A stretch of DNA of 64,000 nt from Gracilinanus agilis (lineage: Eukaryota), in the NCBI RefSeq assembly GCF_016433145.1, contig NC_058135.1:298610694-298674693 (forward strand), given 5' to 3'. Positions within the stretch are counted from its first letter, which is position 1. Each line of letters starts with the position of its first letter. The position numbers and the translations under genes are program-made. Shown here piece after piece: positions 33,560-45,290 of this stretch. The notes under the pieces were generated by a model, which did no database searches, was not told where the DNA came from, and saw nothing but the letters and a program-made list of their open reading frames with translations.

Positions 33560-35109
33560 TTACGGACCCAGGAAATCCTCCTTCCGATAGCCTTTCTGCA
33601 ATATGGAGAAGGAGGAGTTGATGGGGGCACCCAGTCGGGTGAGAAGGAATGGCTCTGCCTCCTCTCTGCTCTCCCAGGCTTCCTTGCGGTCTTTCTTCCC
33701 AGGGAGAGGAGCCTCGGCTCATCTGGGGGTTCTCTGCCCCATCCCTTGTCTTGGGGAGAGTTCAGTGTGCTCAGCACGTGCTCACTTACCGCCCGGAAGT
33801 CTCGGTGGAGTTTGCTGTACTGCCACATGTTGGCCAGAAGGCTCGAGGCAGCCCGGGAGGACTTCTCGCTGTCAGGCCTGTGGGGGGGGGGGGGTGCAGG
33901 CGGTTAGCCAGGTGGGGAGGAGGCGGAGCCCAGCCTGGAGGGAGGAGGGGCCGGTCGGTACTAACCCATCCTGCCTTTTCTTGATGTAGATGAGCTTTCG
34001 GAGACCATCGAAGTAGAGGAGGTCTCGGGCGGCGATGGGGCTGGCCACCACCAGGTTGTTGAGCACCGCGATGATGTTGACCAGCACGTCGGCGGGAGGT
34101 GGCTTTTCTCCCACGCTCCCCGGCAGTTTCTCGATCAGATGACTGACCACCTTGGTGGCTGCTGGGCCAGAGGGCAGAGGTGAGAGGCGCCGGGCGCCCC
34201 ACCCCCTCCCTCCTCTTCCTGCAGCTGCCCCCCACGGACCCCCGGCCAGGGAGACTCACACATCTCGTCCTTGTTCCGAGCGTTCCGTGACAGGTTCCGG
34301 ATGAGGCCAGTGAGCGAGCGCAGCTGGTGATGGTCAGCCGTCCGAACTCGGTCCAACAAGGGGTTCAGGATGCGCTCCTGCTCCAGGGCTAGGCGGCTCA
34401 GCACCCCGGCCCACTGCGGGCAAGGAAGGGTTGAGGGCTCCCAGGCCAGCGCGCCCGGCTTCCCGCGCTCCCCCGGCTCCCTCGCTGCCCATCCCCCGGG
34501 TTTCTAGGTGTCCCCAAGCCTGGAGCTCACCCTTCGGTCCCCGGCGGTGATGTTCTGCAAGGCCCCCGCCGCAGCCTCGGTCGTGTGCCTGTTCAGCTCG
34601 CACCGCTGGAGGAGCCGGTTGTAAAGGCCCACAATCTGGGGGCTCCAGAGCCACTCGAGCCCCTTCGGGTCCTTGGAGACCTCGGCGAAGGTCAGGGCAT
34701 CTGTGGCCAGGGGCAGCTGCGGGCACGCGAGGGGCCGTGAGCCCGGGAAGCCCCGCCCCCCCCCCCCCCGTGCCAGGGTGCCAGCAGCCCCGGATACGGG
34801 TTGGCCTGTCTACTCCCTCCTGCCCGAGCTCCGCAGACTCCCACCTCGGAGATTTCGGCCCGGCGCTGCCTCCCTTTCCCCATCTGTAAAACGGGCTTCG
34901 GAGCCTTCCTAGGGGAGGAGAGCCCCCTGGCGACCCACCTCCCGCAGCTTCCTGCTCTGGGGGGTGAAGCAGCCGACGACCTCCCCGGGCCTCCCGGCCC
35001 CGGCTTCCCCGCGGCCTCGGCCCTCCAGCCTCTGCAGCGCTGATGGCGGCATCTCGTCGTAGAGGCGGTAGGACAGGTTCCGGAGCACACACACAGCATT
35101 CTCCACGCT
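33560..35109 (-). CDS. PKP3: Plakophilin-3, 3' part (last 6 exons)
   Basis: Minus-strand exons 35109-34939, 34716-34531, 34413-34260, 34158-33966, 33877-33790, 33595-33560. Armadillo-repeat peptides SVENAVCVLRNLSYRL, TEAAAGALQNITAGDRR and LRSLTGLIRNLSRNARNKDEM. The protein ends KGYRKEDFLGP. Confidence 0.95.
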
Positions 35110-35118
35110 CTGCGGGGA

Positions 35119-35618
35119 NNNNNNNNNNNNNNNNNNNNNNNNNNNNNNNNNNNNNNNNNNNNNNNNNNNNNNNNNNNNNNNNNNNNNNNNNNNNNNNNNN
35201 NNNNNNNNNNNNNNNNNNNNNNNNNNNNNNNNNNNNNNNNNNNNNNNNNNNNNNNNNNNNNNNNNNNNNNNNNNNNNNNNNNNNNNNNNNNNNNNNNNNN
35301 NNNNNNNNNNNNNNNNNNNNNNNNNNNNNNNNNNNNNNNNNNNNNNNNNNNNNNNNNNNNNNNNNNNNNNNNNNNNNNNNNNNNNNNNNNNNNNNNNNNN
35401 NNNNNNNNNNNNNNNNNNNNNNNNNNNNNNNNNNNNNNNNNNNNNNNNNNNNNNNNNNNNNNNNNNNNNNNNNNNNNNNNNNNNNNNNNNNNNNNNNNNN
35501 NNNNNNNNNNNNNNNNNNNNNNNNNNNNNNNNNNNNNNNNNNNNNNNNNNNNNNNNNNNNNNNNNNNNNNNNNNNNNNNNNNNNNNNNNNNNNNNNNNNN
35601 NNNNNNNNNNNNNNNNNN
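35119..35618. other. 500-N scaffold join of unknown true size
   Basis: Exactly 500 N, at the position where PKP3 5' exons and, by human synteny, B4GALNT4 are expected. Confidence 0.9.
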
Positions 35619-35776
35619 AGGCTGGGCGGAGCTCGAGGGGGCGGGCTGTGGCGGCTCCCCGGCCCCGCCCCCGCCCCGGAGTCTTTTCTAACTTTGCTGG
35701 GACCCCTCGGAGCCGTCGGCTGCGCTGCGCTCCCCGCTGCTGCCAGGCGCCCCAGCCTCGTCTCCTCCTCCGAGCC

Positions 35777-36096
35777 ATGGCGGAGCACACGGTCATCACC
35801 ATGCACGGCGCCGGCCCCGAGAAGGGGCTGAGCCGGGACCCCCCGCGCGACTACCTGCTGCTGTCGCTCTTCAACATCCTGCTCCTGGGGAACCCCTGCT
35901 GCCTGAGCTTCGCGGCGCTCGTCTACTCCGTCAAGGTAGCCCCCTCCCCTCCCCCTCCCCGCAGGGCCGGCTGTGTGGCCCTCCCGGAGGCGCCCGGGGA
36001 AAGGCGGGCCATGGGGAGCCCCGGCGGGTCTTAGGCGGGGAGGACGGGGTGGGGCCCGGCGGGGGGAATCCAGGGCTCAGCCTCCAGGGAGGGAGC

Positions 36097-36130
<34 letters not shown>

Positions 36131-36435
36131 GAGGGCTGGCTGGGCCGTGGGCCGGCCCTGCCCCGCCCCCCCCCAAGGGCAGGTGCTTCTCCCCACACAG
36201 CTCGGGCCCCCCCGTGCCCATTGGAAAGGTGGGCAGAATGAGGCCTCTCCTCGTCTCTTAGTCCAGGGACCGGAAGCTGGTTGGGGACATGGACGGGGCC
36301 TTGACCTACGCCAAGACCTCCAAACAGATGAACGTCTGCGCCATCGTGCTCAACGTGCTGCTGCTCATCATCTTCCTCATCCTCTTCTTCCTCTACGTGA
36401 TCCCCGTCCTCAAGAACCTGTACCAGCCGCACTAG
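35777..36435 (+). CDS. IFITM family gene A (IFITM1-like, short N-terminus, CD225 domain), 110 aa
   Basis: Exons 35777-35935 and 36262-36435 with a phase-0 intron at the canonical K|S/A-RDRK site. Protein: MAEHTVITMHGAGPEKGLSRDPPRDYLLLSLFNILLLGNPCCLSFAALVYSVK/SRDRKLVGDMDGALTYAKTSKQMNVCAIVLNVLLLIIFLILFFLYVIPVLKNLYQPH. AATAAA at 36538. Confidence 0.92.
36097..36130 (+). repeat. (CCGGCT)n hexamer repeat in the IFITM-A intron
   Basis: About 5.7 perfect units. Confidence 0.85.
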
Positions 36436-37139
36436 GGGCCCCTCCCCCGCCTGCTCCCCAGGCCCGGAGCCCCTGCCGAGCCCCTGCCAGCCTCTCCCTC
36501 CCCCAGAATGCTCAGTGCCCGGGCAAAGGCGGCACAGAATAAAGCTTGTGGAATCAGCCGTGTGTGTGCGCGTGTGCCAGCGCCCGGGGCCCTCCCTTTC
36601 TCCCTGCCGCTCCCTGGGGGGCGGGGGGGGGGGAAGCTCCGGAGGAAACAAGAGCCTGAGCCAGAGAAAGGGGGGAGGGGTCGGGGTGGGGACCCACAAT
36701 TCACCGGGGCAGATTTTGTGGGCTCCGAGCCAGGAGCACCCCAGCTCCTTGCGGACACGCACCAGGGGGCTGCCCATGAACGAGCTCCATCTGGAAACTA
36801 GGCAGCCAAACGGGCGCCCTCCGGGATAACCCCGAGGGGGCTGGGTGGGCTTTCTCTGCTGAAGCAGGACCCGCTGGAACCCCAGGATAGCTCAGCAGGA
36901 AGCCCGAGGGCCCTGGCACAGTCTATAGCTCCCTATTTACCTGGGGGGGGGCAGGCCGAGAGCACAAAAGACCAGAAAACGACTGTCCAACGGCCTTTTG
37001 ACATGGAACTGGAGGAAAGAAGGAGGAAGAAAACCCCTCAAGAAGTGGAAGCCTGAGAGAGAATGGAGGGAAACCCCAACCCGCAGGAGAGGGGGGCCCG
37101 GGGTGGACCCCAGGGTGCTGCTGGGTAGCTATGGCGGTC

Positions 37140-37235
37140 AGGTCCTAGATTGAAATCCTGGCTCTGCTACCTGCGTGACCTTGGGCAAGTCCTTCTGCCT
37201 CTCTGCCCCTCGGTTTCCCCCTGTGAAAACAGAGA
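37140..37235 (+). mobile_element. MIR/core-SINE fragment
   Basis: ggtcctagattgaaatcctggctctgctacctgcgtgaccttgggcaagtcc...cctcggtttccccctgtgaaaac. Confidence 0.75.
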
Positions 37236-38119
37236 TGGAGCCGGTCCGTGTCCTCTGATGATGAACGCCGGCAGACCCCGTAGCCCGAAAGGCCTGTCGG
37301 CCGAGGCTTGTCCTTGCTGGGGAGGAGGAGGGGATCGATGGCAGGTGCCCGGTGCCCGGTGCCCGGTGGCTGCACGCAGGCAAAGGGAGCCTCCACCCTC
37401 CCCTGTGGGCAGCTACAGCGGGTGAACCGAGGGGCTCCTTCCCAGGATGCTGCTCCTCCTGCCTCTGGGCCGGATTGCCCTGGACCGAGGCCGGTGATGG
37501 CAGGCCCGGACACGGGACTCCTGAGGCCACAGGTGGCCAGCGAGGGCAGCGCGTGCAGACTGGGAGGGGCAGAGACTCGGGGAAGAGCCTGTGGCTTGTG
37601 CACACTCGGAGGCTGTGGTTGTGGATGGCCACAGGGAGAAGGAAGTGGCAATTACCAAGAGCCGGCCAAGTGGCCTGGCCTCCTCCGAGGAGCTGGGGGG
37701 GAGGGGAGCACCGTTTGGCTCGAACCTGGCCACCTGTCCCTGTGGAGAGAAGGGCGAGATGCCCACAAGGGGAGAAGCCGGGCAGATGCCAAGGACTCCT
37801 CGCCAGAGGGCTCTGGGCGCTGAGACGCTACGCTACTGGGGGGGATTGGAGCTGCCTTGCCCTTGGCTACAAACCAGGCAGTGGGGGGGGGCAGAGGTTC
37901 CCAGGGAGGTCTAGGGGGGCCTGCATGGCGAGCCACCTGGGTAGCACCTAAGGGCTGGCCCTAGGTCAGGCCCCCTGCTAGAACCTTTCAGACAGGCTCC
38001 TTCCCAGAGCTGGAAGGCCCTCCCCTGGAGTCTGGGCTCAGCTGTGGGCAGCACCATTCCAAAATGATCTACAGAAGGGCCTCGAGTTCTAGTCATGTGG
38101 GGGGCAGCAGGGAAGCGAA

Positions 38120-38260
38120 AGCAATGACCATTTCTTAAGCTCCTACTGTGTGCCTGGCCCTGGGCCCAGTGCTGTACAAATATTATCTCACGGGATCCCT
38201 GCAGGGTGGGGGCCATTCATTCTGACCCCATTTTACAGGTGAGGAAACCGAGGGCAAGAA
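38120..38260 (-). mobile_element. MIR fragment
   Basis: catttcttaagctcctactgtgtgcctggccctgg...tattatctcac...gaccccattttacaggtgaggaaaccgagg. Confidence 0.75.
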
Positions 38261-41200
38261 TGCCTTGTGGAGCAGGAGGTTAGCAGGCTGAACTCTGGAG
38301 GTGGCAGTAAATCAGGGAGACCTTGTTGTTCCTGCAGGGGCCTTGGGAGAGCCAGAGAAGATGGCCACAGGGCAGCCAGCCCAGCTGAGCTGAAGCTGAA
38401 CTTGGCCAAGGCCGGTCCAGGCCCCAGAAGCTCCCAGCCTAGATTTGTGGGTGCTCGGGGCACCGAGGCTCCGGCCCCAGGCAGGGAGAAGCACCCCGGC
38501 CGCCCCGGCTCCGGGACATCTCACCTCAGTGACAGTAAAGAAAAAAGTGGAAGGAGCCGAAGGGGCGCACAGGGGCCTCCGTGCAGTGGGGGAAAAAACT
38601 GCTGGTCCGCCAAAGCCTGAGAGCTGTGTTCAACTGACAATGGAATGTCCCCACTAAGTTCCAAGACTGAATCCACTGACTTCCATCAGTCCCTCGACAA
38701 AAGAGACCCAGGACTCAGAAGGCAGAGTCTGAACCCAAGTCCTCTGACTCCAGGGTCAGCTACCCCTTCTCTTCTTCTAGACGAGGAAACCAAAGCCCAG
38801 TCACGAAGCCCGACATCCTGGCCTCGGTTTCCTCCCTGATCACGGTGGCGGGGCCGGGCTCCTTGGATCTCCAGCTCTCTGACACCGGATTGTTTTCGGG
38901 TCCCTTCCAATATCAAATCGACAAGTTAAAAGAAACCAAGAGAGCTAAGCCGTTTGCTTTGGAGAGTCCAAGAGGCAGGGAAATGGGTCCAGGGTGGAGC
39001 ACAAAGAAGCCCTTTGCACAAGAGGACTGCCTCTGTAGAAAGAGCCCAGTGGAGGGTTTCCTGGATCTCCACGTGCTTCAGGAGGACAGGAAGCAAAAGA
39101 GGGTGGGGACTTCCCAGAAGCGTTCAGACAAGAGATGTGACATGAGGTCGCTGATGCCACAACAAAGCGGGCTCATTAAAACCCAGGTGGCAGGGCAGGT
39201 CCCACGGAGGCCCGGGCCCCACTGGGCCAGTGAGTGTGCAGCAGCACTTCTGGGAAGCAGAAAAGGCACCAAGCAAACCAGTGACCAGAAGACCTGGCAC
39301 TGACCTGGCCAGCATTCAGGAAGTGGTTACTGCTCCCCACACCAGGGTAGGCTCCGGTTTCCCCCATCTTCCTGACTTTGATTTCCGTGAGAACTGGGGC
39401 CTGCCAGTCACGCTAGCCACATGGGCCGGGCACTGTGCTAAACAGGATGTGGGCTAAACCCTGGCACACTCACCTCCCCCCTCCCCCCTCCCCCCCTCCC
39501 CGGGGCAATGATGCTTTTTGGGGAAGGGCTGAGGGTTTCATGGATCACTCCTGAGGAGCTGATTCCCAATGAGAAATGTCTTGGGCTAGTCCAGGGAGAA
39601 GCTGAGTAGCAGCTCCCCACAATGCATCTGGGTAGAGAGGCCAGGGGTCGCCACTGGTCTTTGGATTGTCAAGACAGTGTGTTGACCACAATCAGGCTGT
39701 CTTGCCCTGCAGGGAGAAATCCTTCGCAAATGAAGAGATGGCGACTCGCAAGGACTTCAGCCTTTAGACGGGGAAGTGCAGAGGGAGCTCCTGAAGGAAG
39801 TTCCCAAAGCCTGATTGGCTGCAGCGAGATCACGGAAGCGAAATCTGGGGTGGGCCCATGACCGCCTCCACTTCCCTCGTGCCCCCGAATAGGAGGAAAG
39901 GAGGCAGATGGTGAGAGGAGGCCCGGCTTTGTCGAGGCTCCATGGGAAATGGGACCCTCGTGGGCTAAAGGGCCCAGCTGTGGAGGCTGGTGGAAAGGTG
40001 AGGCAGCCCCCAAGGGCCCTGAGCCAGTGAAGGTGGAGGAGGGGAGAGAGCCAGCCTGTGGAGGGAGGTCAGGCTGGAGAGGGTCTGCGATCAGAGGCAC
40101 AAATAGCAGATTTCATGGACGTGCAGGTGGTGCATGGGGGGGGGGGGTGGCGGCACGATCAAGGAGCTCCTCATCATCTCTGCGTGTGGACAACCTGGGA
40201 AAAGGTGGGGGATGGGGAGGTCCCTCCGTGTGAGGCCAGGAGTTGGAGAGGAAGGAAAGCCTGAGGCCGGCCTAGAACTCCCGAGGAGGAAGGGAGATTG
40301 CATAAGGACCAGCAGGGTCCAGATGGTGCCATGCCCAGGGAAAGAGGCTGATACAGGAGGGAGAGCCACCGGGATCCTCTGGGCAGTCTGGGGAAGCCCC
40401 GTCGTGGCAGTGTCAGGGGGGAGCCGGCCTCCTCCGGGAGAGGCAGATGGTGGAGGGAAAGACCCAAGAGCAGAGCCAGTTGGTGGGCCATGGGGCAGCC
40501 GGCCTGGGGGCACTGGGAGGGGGCGAGTAAATGGGGTTGGTCCAAGGGCCCAGAGAGGTCGGTGCTGAGGGACGGGAGAGGGTTAACCTGGTCAAGGCCC
40601 AACATGGTGGCACTCCCAGTCTGAGGAACAGGGAGGTACCCCACCCCCACCCAAGGGTGTCAGCCAGGTCGCAGGTTGAGGAACTGCAGCCGTGGTGGGC
40701 TGTTCTGGCTTCTCCAGGGGATCCCGAGGGCTCTAGAGTGGGCAATCCTGAGGCGGCGGCTGGCACCCGGCTCCGTCCGTCTCTGCCAGCCAGACCCCAA
40801 GGGTCTCCGGAGGCTGCAGGTGTGTCTCCCTTTCAGGCGGAGCCCAAGCGGAGAGCAGAGTCTGCATGGGTGAAGCCCCTCCGGTGGGCCCACCCTGGCT
40901 CTGGGCTGACAGCCTGATGGGGAGGAAACAACCAGAAAGCCCTTGGCCGGGGGTGCTGGAGCAGGCTGGCCAAGGGCCGCCCAGTGCTGCCCAAGAATCC
41001 TCCCCTTGTCTTGGCTTGGGCTCCCGCAATGGGGGTTAAGTGACTTGGCCAGGGCCACACTGCTAGGGGGTGTCTGAGGCCACGGCCAGGCCCGGCCCTA
41101 TCCACTGAGCCACTCGGCTGTCATCCGAGCTGCATGTGGAGGGGGCGGCAGGGGAAGAAGGGCCGAGCGTCTGGGAGGGGGAGGGGAGGGGGAATCCGCC

Positions 41201-41699
41201 CAGGCTCAGCAGAAGAACAGAGCCGTCCTGGCCAGTTCCTTTCCGTCCGGGTCCCTCCTGGAAGAGAGCGCCTGGCGCGGCGGGCCGGCAGTTTGGACTC
41301 CTCAGCAGCCGGGGAGCAGGCGCGTCCCTCGGGCCTCAGGGAGGGGGTCTTGGGCTGAGAGGCCCGGGCGAAGCTGCGGGATCCCGGGCGGCCCGCCGGC
41401 TCCTCGGAGCTGCTCGCCCCTCCCGCCACAGCTGGGCTGCAGCCACGCCTCCCGGCCCGGAGGGCGAATGGGGGTGAGGGTGGGGCCGTGTCCCGCCAGC
41501 AGAGCCGCCCCTGGAGAGGGCCCAGGAGGCCCCGGGCACGTGCGGCGAGGAAAGCAGCCGCAGCAGGACCCCGGGGTCCCGCGGGGAGGGAGAGCTTGGA
41601 GCGGGGCCTGGCTCGCCCCGGGAGTGGGAGATCCCGACTCCTCGGTTCAATCCCGAGGCCATAAAGGGCGCGATGTGCGGAAGGATCAGGGCGGCCGCC

Positions 41700-42130
41700 T
41701 CACGCCAAATCCTGGCGGAGGGAGGTTTGGGGGTTGCTCGCCGTAGAGGACGAGGCGCATGCGCAAAGGTCCTCCGCCCGCCCGCCCGCCCGCCCGGAGA
41801 GGTCAGCCTCCGCGCGATGGGCACAAAGCTGGGGGCCAGAGCAGGGCGTCCCAGCCCCAGGCTGCACAGTTGACGGCCCCTCACTGCCGGCTCCCTGGGA
41901 CACTTGAACCCAAGTCCTCGGACTCCAGAACGCTCCTCCGGTCCGACCGGAGACTTACGGTGGCTGCAGATGGGCTGGTTGGGGCGAGCCAGAGTGAGGA
42001 GGGGGAGGGGGAGGGGAAGGCCGGGAGAGCTTCAGGCAGAAATAGGGAGGGGGAGGGGCCCCGCCCGGGTAAGATGGCGGCGTCGAGCTGGCCATGGCCG
42101 TACTGGCCCGAAGGGCCAATATGGGGCGTG
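41700..42130. promoter_or_regulatory. Orphan CpG-island promoter-like element
   Basis: NRF1 palindrome GCGCATGCGC at 41755-41764, (ccgc)x5 GC-box array at about 41774-41795, YY1 motif AAGATGGCGGC at 42071-42081, CCAAT near 42116, and candidate splice donors on both strands. Confidence 0.5.
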
Positions 42131-45100
42131 GATGTGGGAGGCGGGAGCGTGGAGAGAAAAGAGCGCCCCGGGGAACCCCGCCCGCCCAGCCGGCAGACCC
42201 CCAGGCAAGGGGCGAATGAGACGTGAGAGGTGGGGGTGTGACTGCTGACTGCCCAGGAGGAAGGCGGAAAGGGACGAGGGAGAGCAGCCCAGAGAGGGAG
42301 GCGGCTGCCATCCTCCACCGCTCTGGGGACTGAGTGCGGATTTTCCCACCACTGTGCTCTAAGTCAAGTGGCAGCTGCGGCATTTCCCAGAAGCCCTGCC
42401 CTGCCTCGGCCGCCCGCATCCTCAATTCCCCACCGAGGTCCAGGCCAGGCGGCACCCGGCTGCCAAGAAAGCACACAGGATCTCGGGCTGCCTTGGGGGA
42501 GAAGCCTAGCCTCTGGGAGGGAGGCCCCGGCCCTGCTCAGCCTCAGTCCTGGGGGCTGCAGCTTGGGAAGGTCAGAGGTGAGCTGGAGAGCTTTCAGAGA
42601 AGCCCTGTGAGGCCCTCCTTGCATCCAAGTCATAGAAAGATCCATCCGAGGCTCAGGGGCCCCAGCAGCGCCTTGCTCCGCCCGGCTCCAGAGGACACTC
42701 GGCAGCAGGGAACAGAGCTCCGAAGAGGCTGCCCAAAAGGACCTTCCAGGGCACTGGTAGGGTTTGCGAAGTACCAAGCCAGGAGCTCCCATTGGAAAGG
42801 GAAGGTTTCAGCTGCAAGCCTGATGAGAAGGGCCCCTCCCCAAAGGAAGCAGACCTGCAGGCCTCCTGGAAGCCATTCCCACTGAGAGAAGGGCATCCGC
42901 AGCTGATGCGGAACCACCGTGTGGTGCTAAGGCCTGTGGCTGGAACTGTGACCCCCAGATGAACTTTGCGCCATCCGCGGCCCATCTTTTACCAGGGTCC
43001 CTCCCCATCCCCATCCCGGTCTTCATGCTGCTGGCAGCGGCCTCTCCTCTTTTCTCTTCTTTCAGCTTCTCTGCCCTCCTCACTGGAAACAATAGGCGCC
43101 CTCTCCATGGAGTCCCCACACCCTGAGCCTGCAGGCCCACAGGTTCCCTGAGGAAAGGCTGCTGTGGGCAGGCACAGCATCTCCCACATCCTGCTTCCCT
43201 CCAGTCTCCCAAATGGGACGTGGAGACCCCCAGTTCGAAGAGGAGCTCCGAGCCCCCTGCCTCCCGCCACACCTTTCCTTGGAGTGTAGAGGAGTGGCGC
43301 ACGGTGCGCAGTGACAGTGGGCAGTGATGACCATTCTTGAGCCTGGTCACACCCTTCCCAACCCTGTGACTGAACCCCTGCAGAGCATGCTGAAACCCTC
43401 CCCTCCCCCTCCCCCCCCCCAAGTTCCTCATTCTCATCCCCCTTAATCCTCCCTCTCCAGTTTCAGCCTAACTCCACCCAGCCCTTCTGCTGTGCCCTCT
43501 GGAATGCCTGGGCCAGAGGCAAGGAACCTCCCTCCATCTTAAGCCATCCCCCTTCTGCTCCTTCACTCCCTCTTCTTGGCTCCCTGGTCAAGGAGGGGGA
43601 ACTGGAAGGCTCCCATCTACCCACTGCCACTTCCAGGGCTCCCCCTTTCTCCATGACTCAGTAAGCTCAATGGGCCTCTTTCTTCCTGGCCTCCTGGCCT
43701 CCATCCAGGGGACCTCAGTGTCTGCAGAGACTCTCCCTCCCTGGAGCACCCTAACCACCCGGGTTCTAGGAGCTACTCCTCCCCCCACTCCACCTCACCT
43801 TTGATCTTGCGGCTCCCACCGACGTGCCCCAGCGAAATTCTGGGCTTCTCTCCCGCAGCCCCCCTCGGCTGGCCCTTCCCCTCTCCCCGGCCTCCTCTTC
43901 ACACTTCCCTGCTCTTCGCCCTCCCGTGGTTCTCTGGCCCTTTGATTCTCTCGCAGACCACCTGAGCGGCACTCTCTCCTCTTCTGCCCGCCCCGAGCCC
44001 TTGGAGAACCAGTTCCATTGGACTGGACACTGTCTTGCATTCCTCCCCCCTTTCCCACGTCACTTTATCACGTCACCCAGACGTCCAGCCTCCTGATATC
44101 AACTTCCTGCCCTCCCGCGTGCTACTGAAGGGAGGTGGAAAATCAGGCCCTCCTTCTGCCTGGGTCTACTGCAAGTGGACACACCTCGCCCCTCTCCGGC
44201 TCTGCATGGCTGCCCTTCCACACCTTCTCTTCCCTCCTCAGAATTCCCCTAGCTCCCCCTCCCCCTCCCCCCCAGCTGGTCCTTGCTTCACATTTTCCAG
44301 AAAAAAATTGTGGCTCAGATCGGGAAGCCCCGCCTCTCCCTCACTCGGGGCCTGCCGCCACCTGGTCCTCCCTCCTTTGTGCCTCCCTCCTGGCTCCGCC
44401 TGCTCACGGGATGCCGTTCCGGTGTCGCCTCCACACACATGCTCTCGTGCCCACCTCCCTGGGCTCTCCGCCGTGATCTCGGCTGCCCTCTGAGGCTAAG
44501 CCTCCTGCGGGCAGGCCTCTCTCTGCTCCGCCCTCGGGCCCGGCTCTCCTCCCCCTCCCCCTCCCCCTCCGGTGGGCCGGACCTCCCACTGGACATCTCA
44601 AGCTCCGCCCTCCGGCTCCAAAGCCTCTTCCTGGCCTTCGGAGCCCTCAGAGCCTCGCAGGCCCCGGCCTCCTCCCTGCCCTCCTCCAAGTCCTCTCTGC
44701 TGCGGGAAGCCTCCCAGCCCCTCTGGCGGGCCGGCCTCGCTCCTTCCTGGGGCCTCCCTTATCCGGGCCGGGCCTCGCCTCGCCTCGCCTGGCCCGGGGT
44801 GTCTGCCCGGAGGGTCATGTGACCCGCCTCTATAAAGGGCCGGAGGCTGAGCTGCAGGTTCCGGTCAGGCCCACGCCAGGCCTCCAGGGAGCTGCCCTTC
44901 CTGCCGGGCCACCTCTCCGGCCAGGGCCGGAGCTCCGGCTTCCAACCCTCTCCGAAGGGCCCGCGGCAAGCCGAGCCCCGAAAGGAGGCCTGCGGGTTCC
45001 GAGGGCAGCAGCCCGGGAGCCCGGGAGCCTGGGTCGGGATCCCCCCCATCCCTCTCCTGGCTTCCGGAGCAACTACCTGAGGGGAGGGGCCTGGGGAGCC

Positions 45101-45290
45101 CCGCCCCGCCCCGCCCCGCCCCGCCCTCGCCTCCCTTCCCGGGCCGGGGCGCAGGGACAGCGGGAGCAGGAAGAGGAGAAGCCTGGAAACAGGGTCCTTT
45201 ATTGCATTCAGCGGGGCGCCGCGGGGAGACGGGCCAGCGGAGGGGGCGCCGCTCCCAGCGCGAGGAGGGGGCGGGGCGGGGCGGGGCAAC

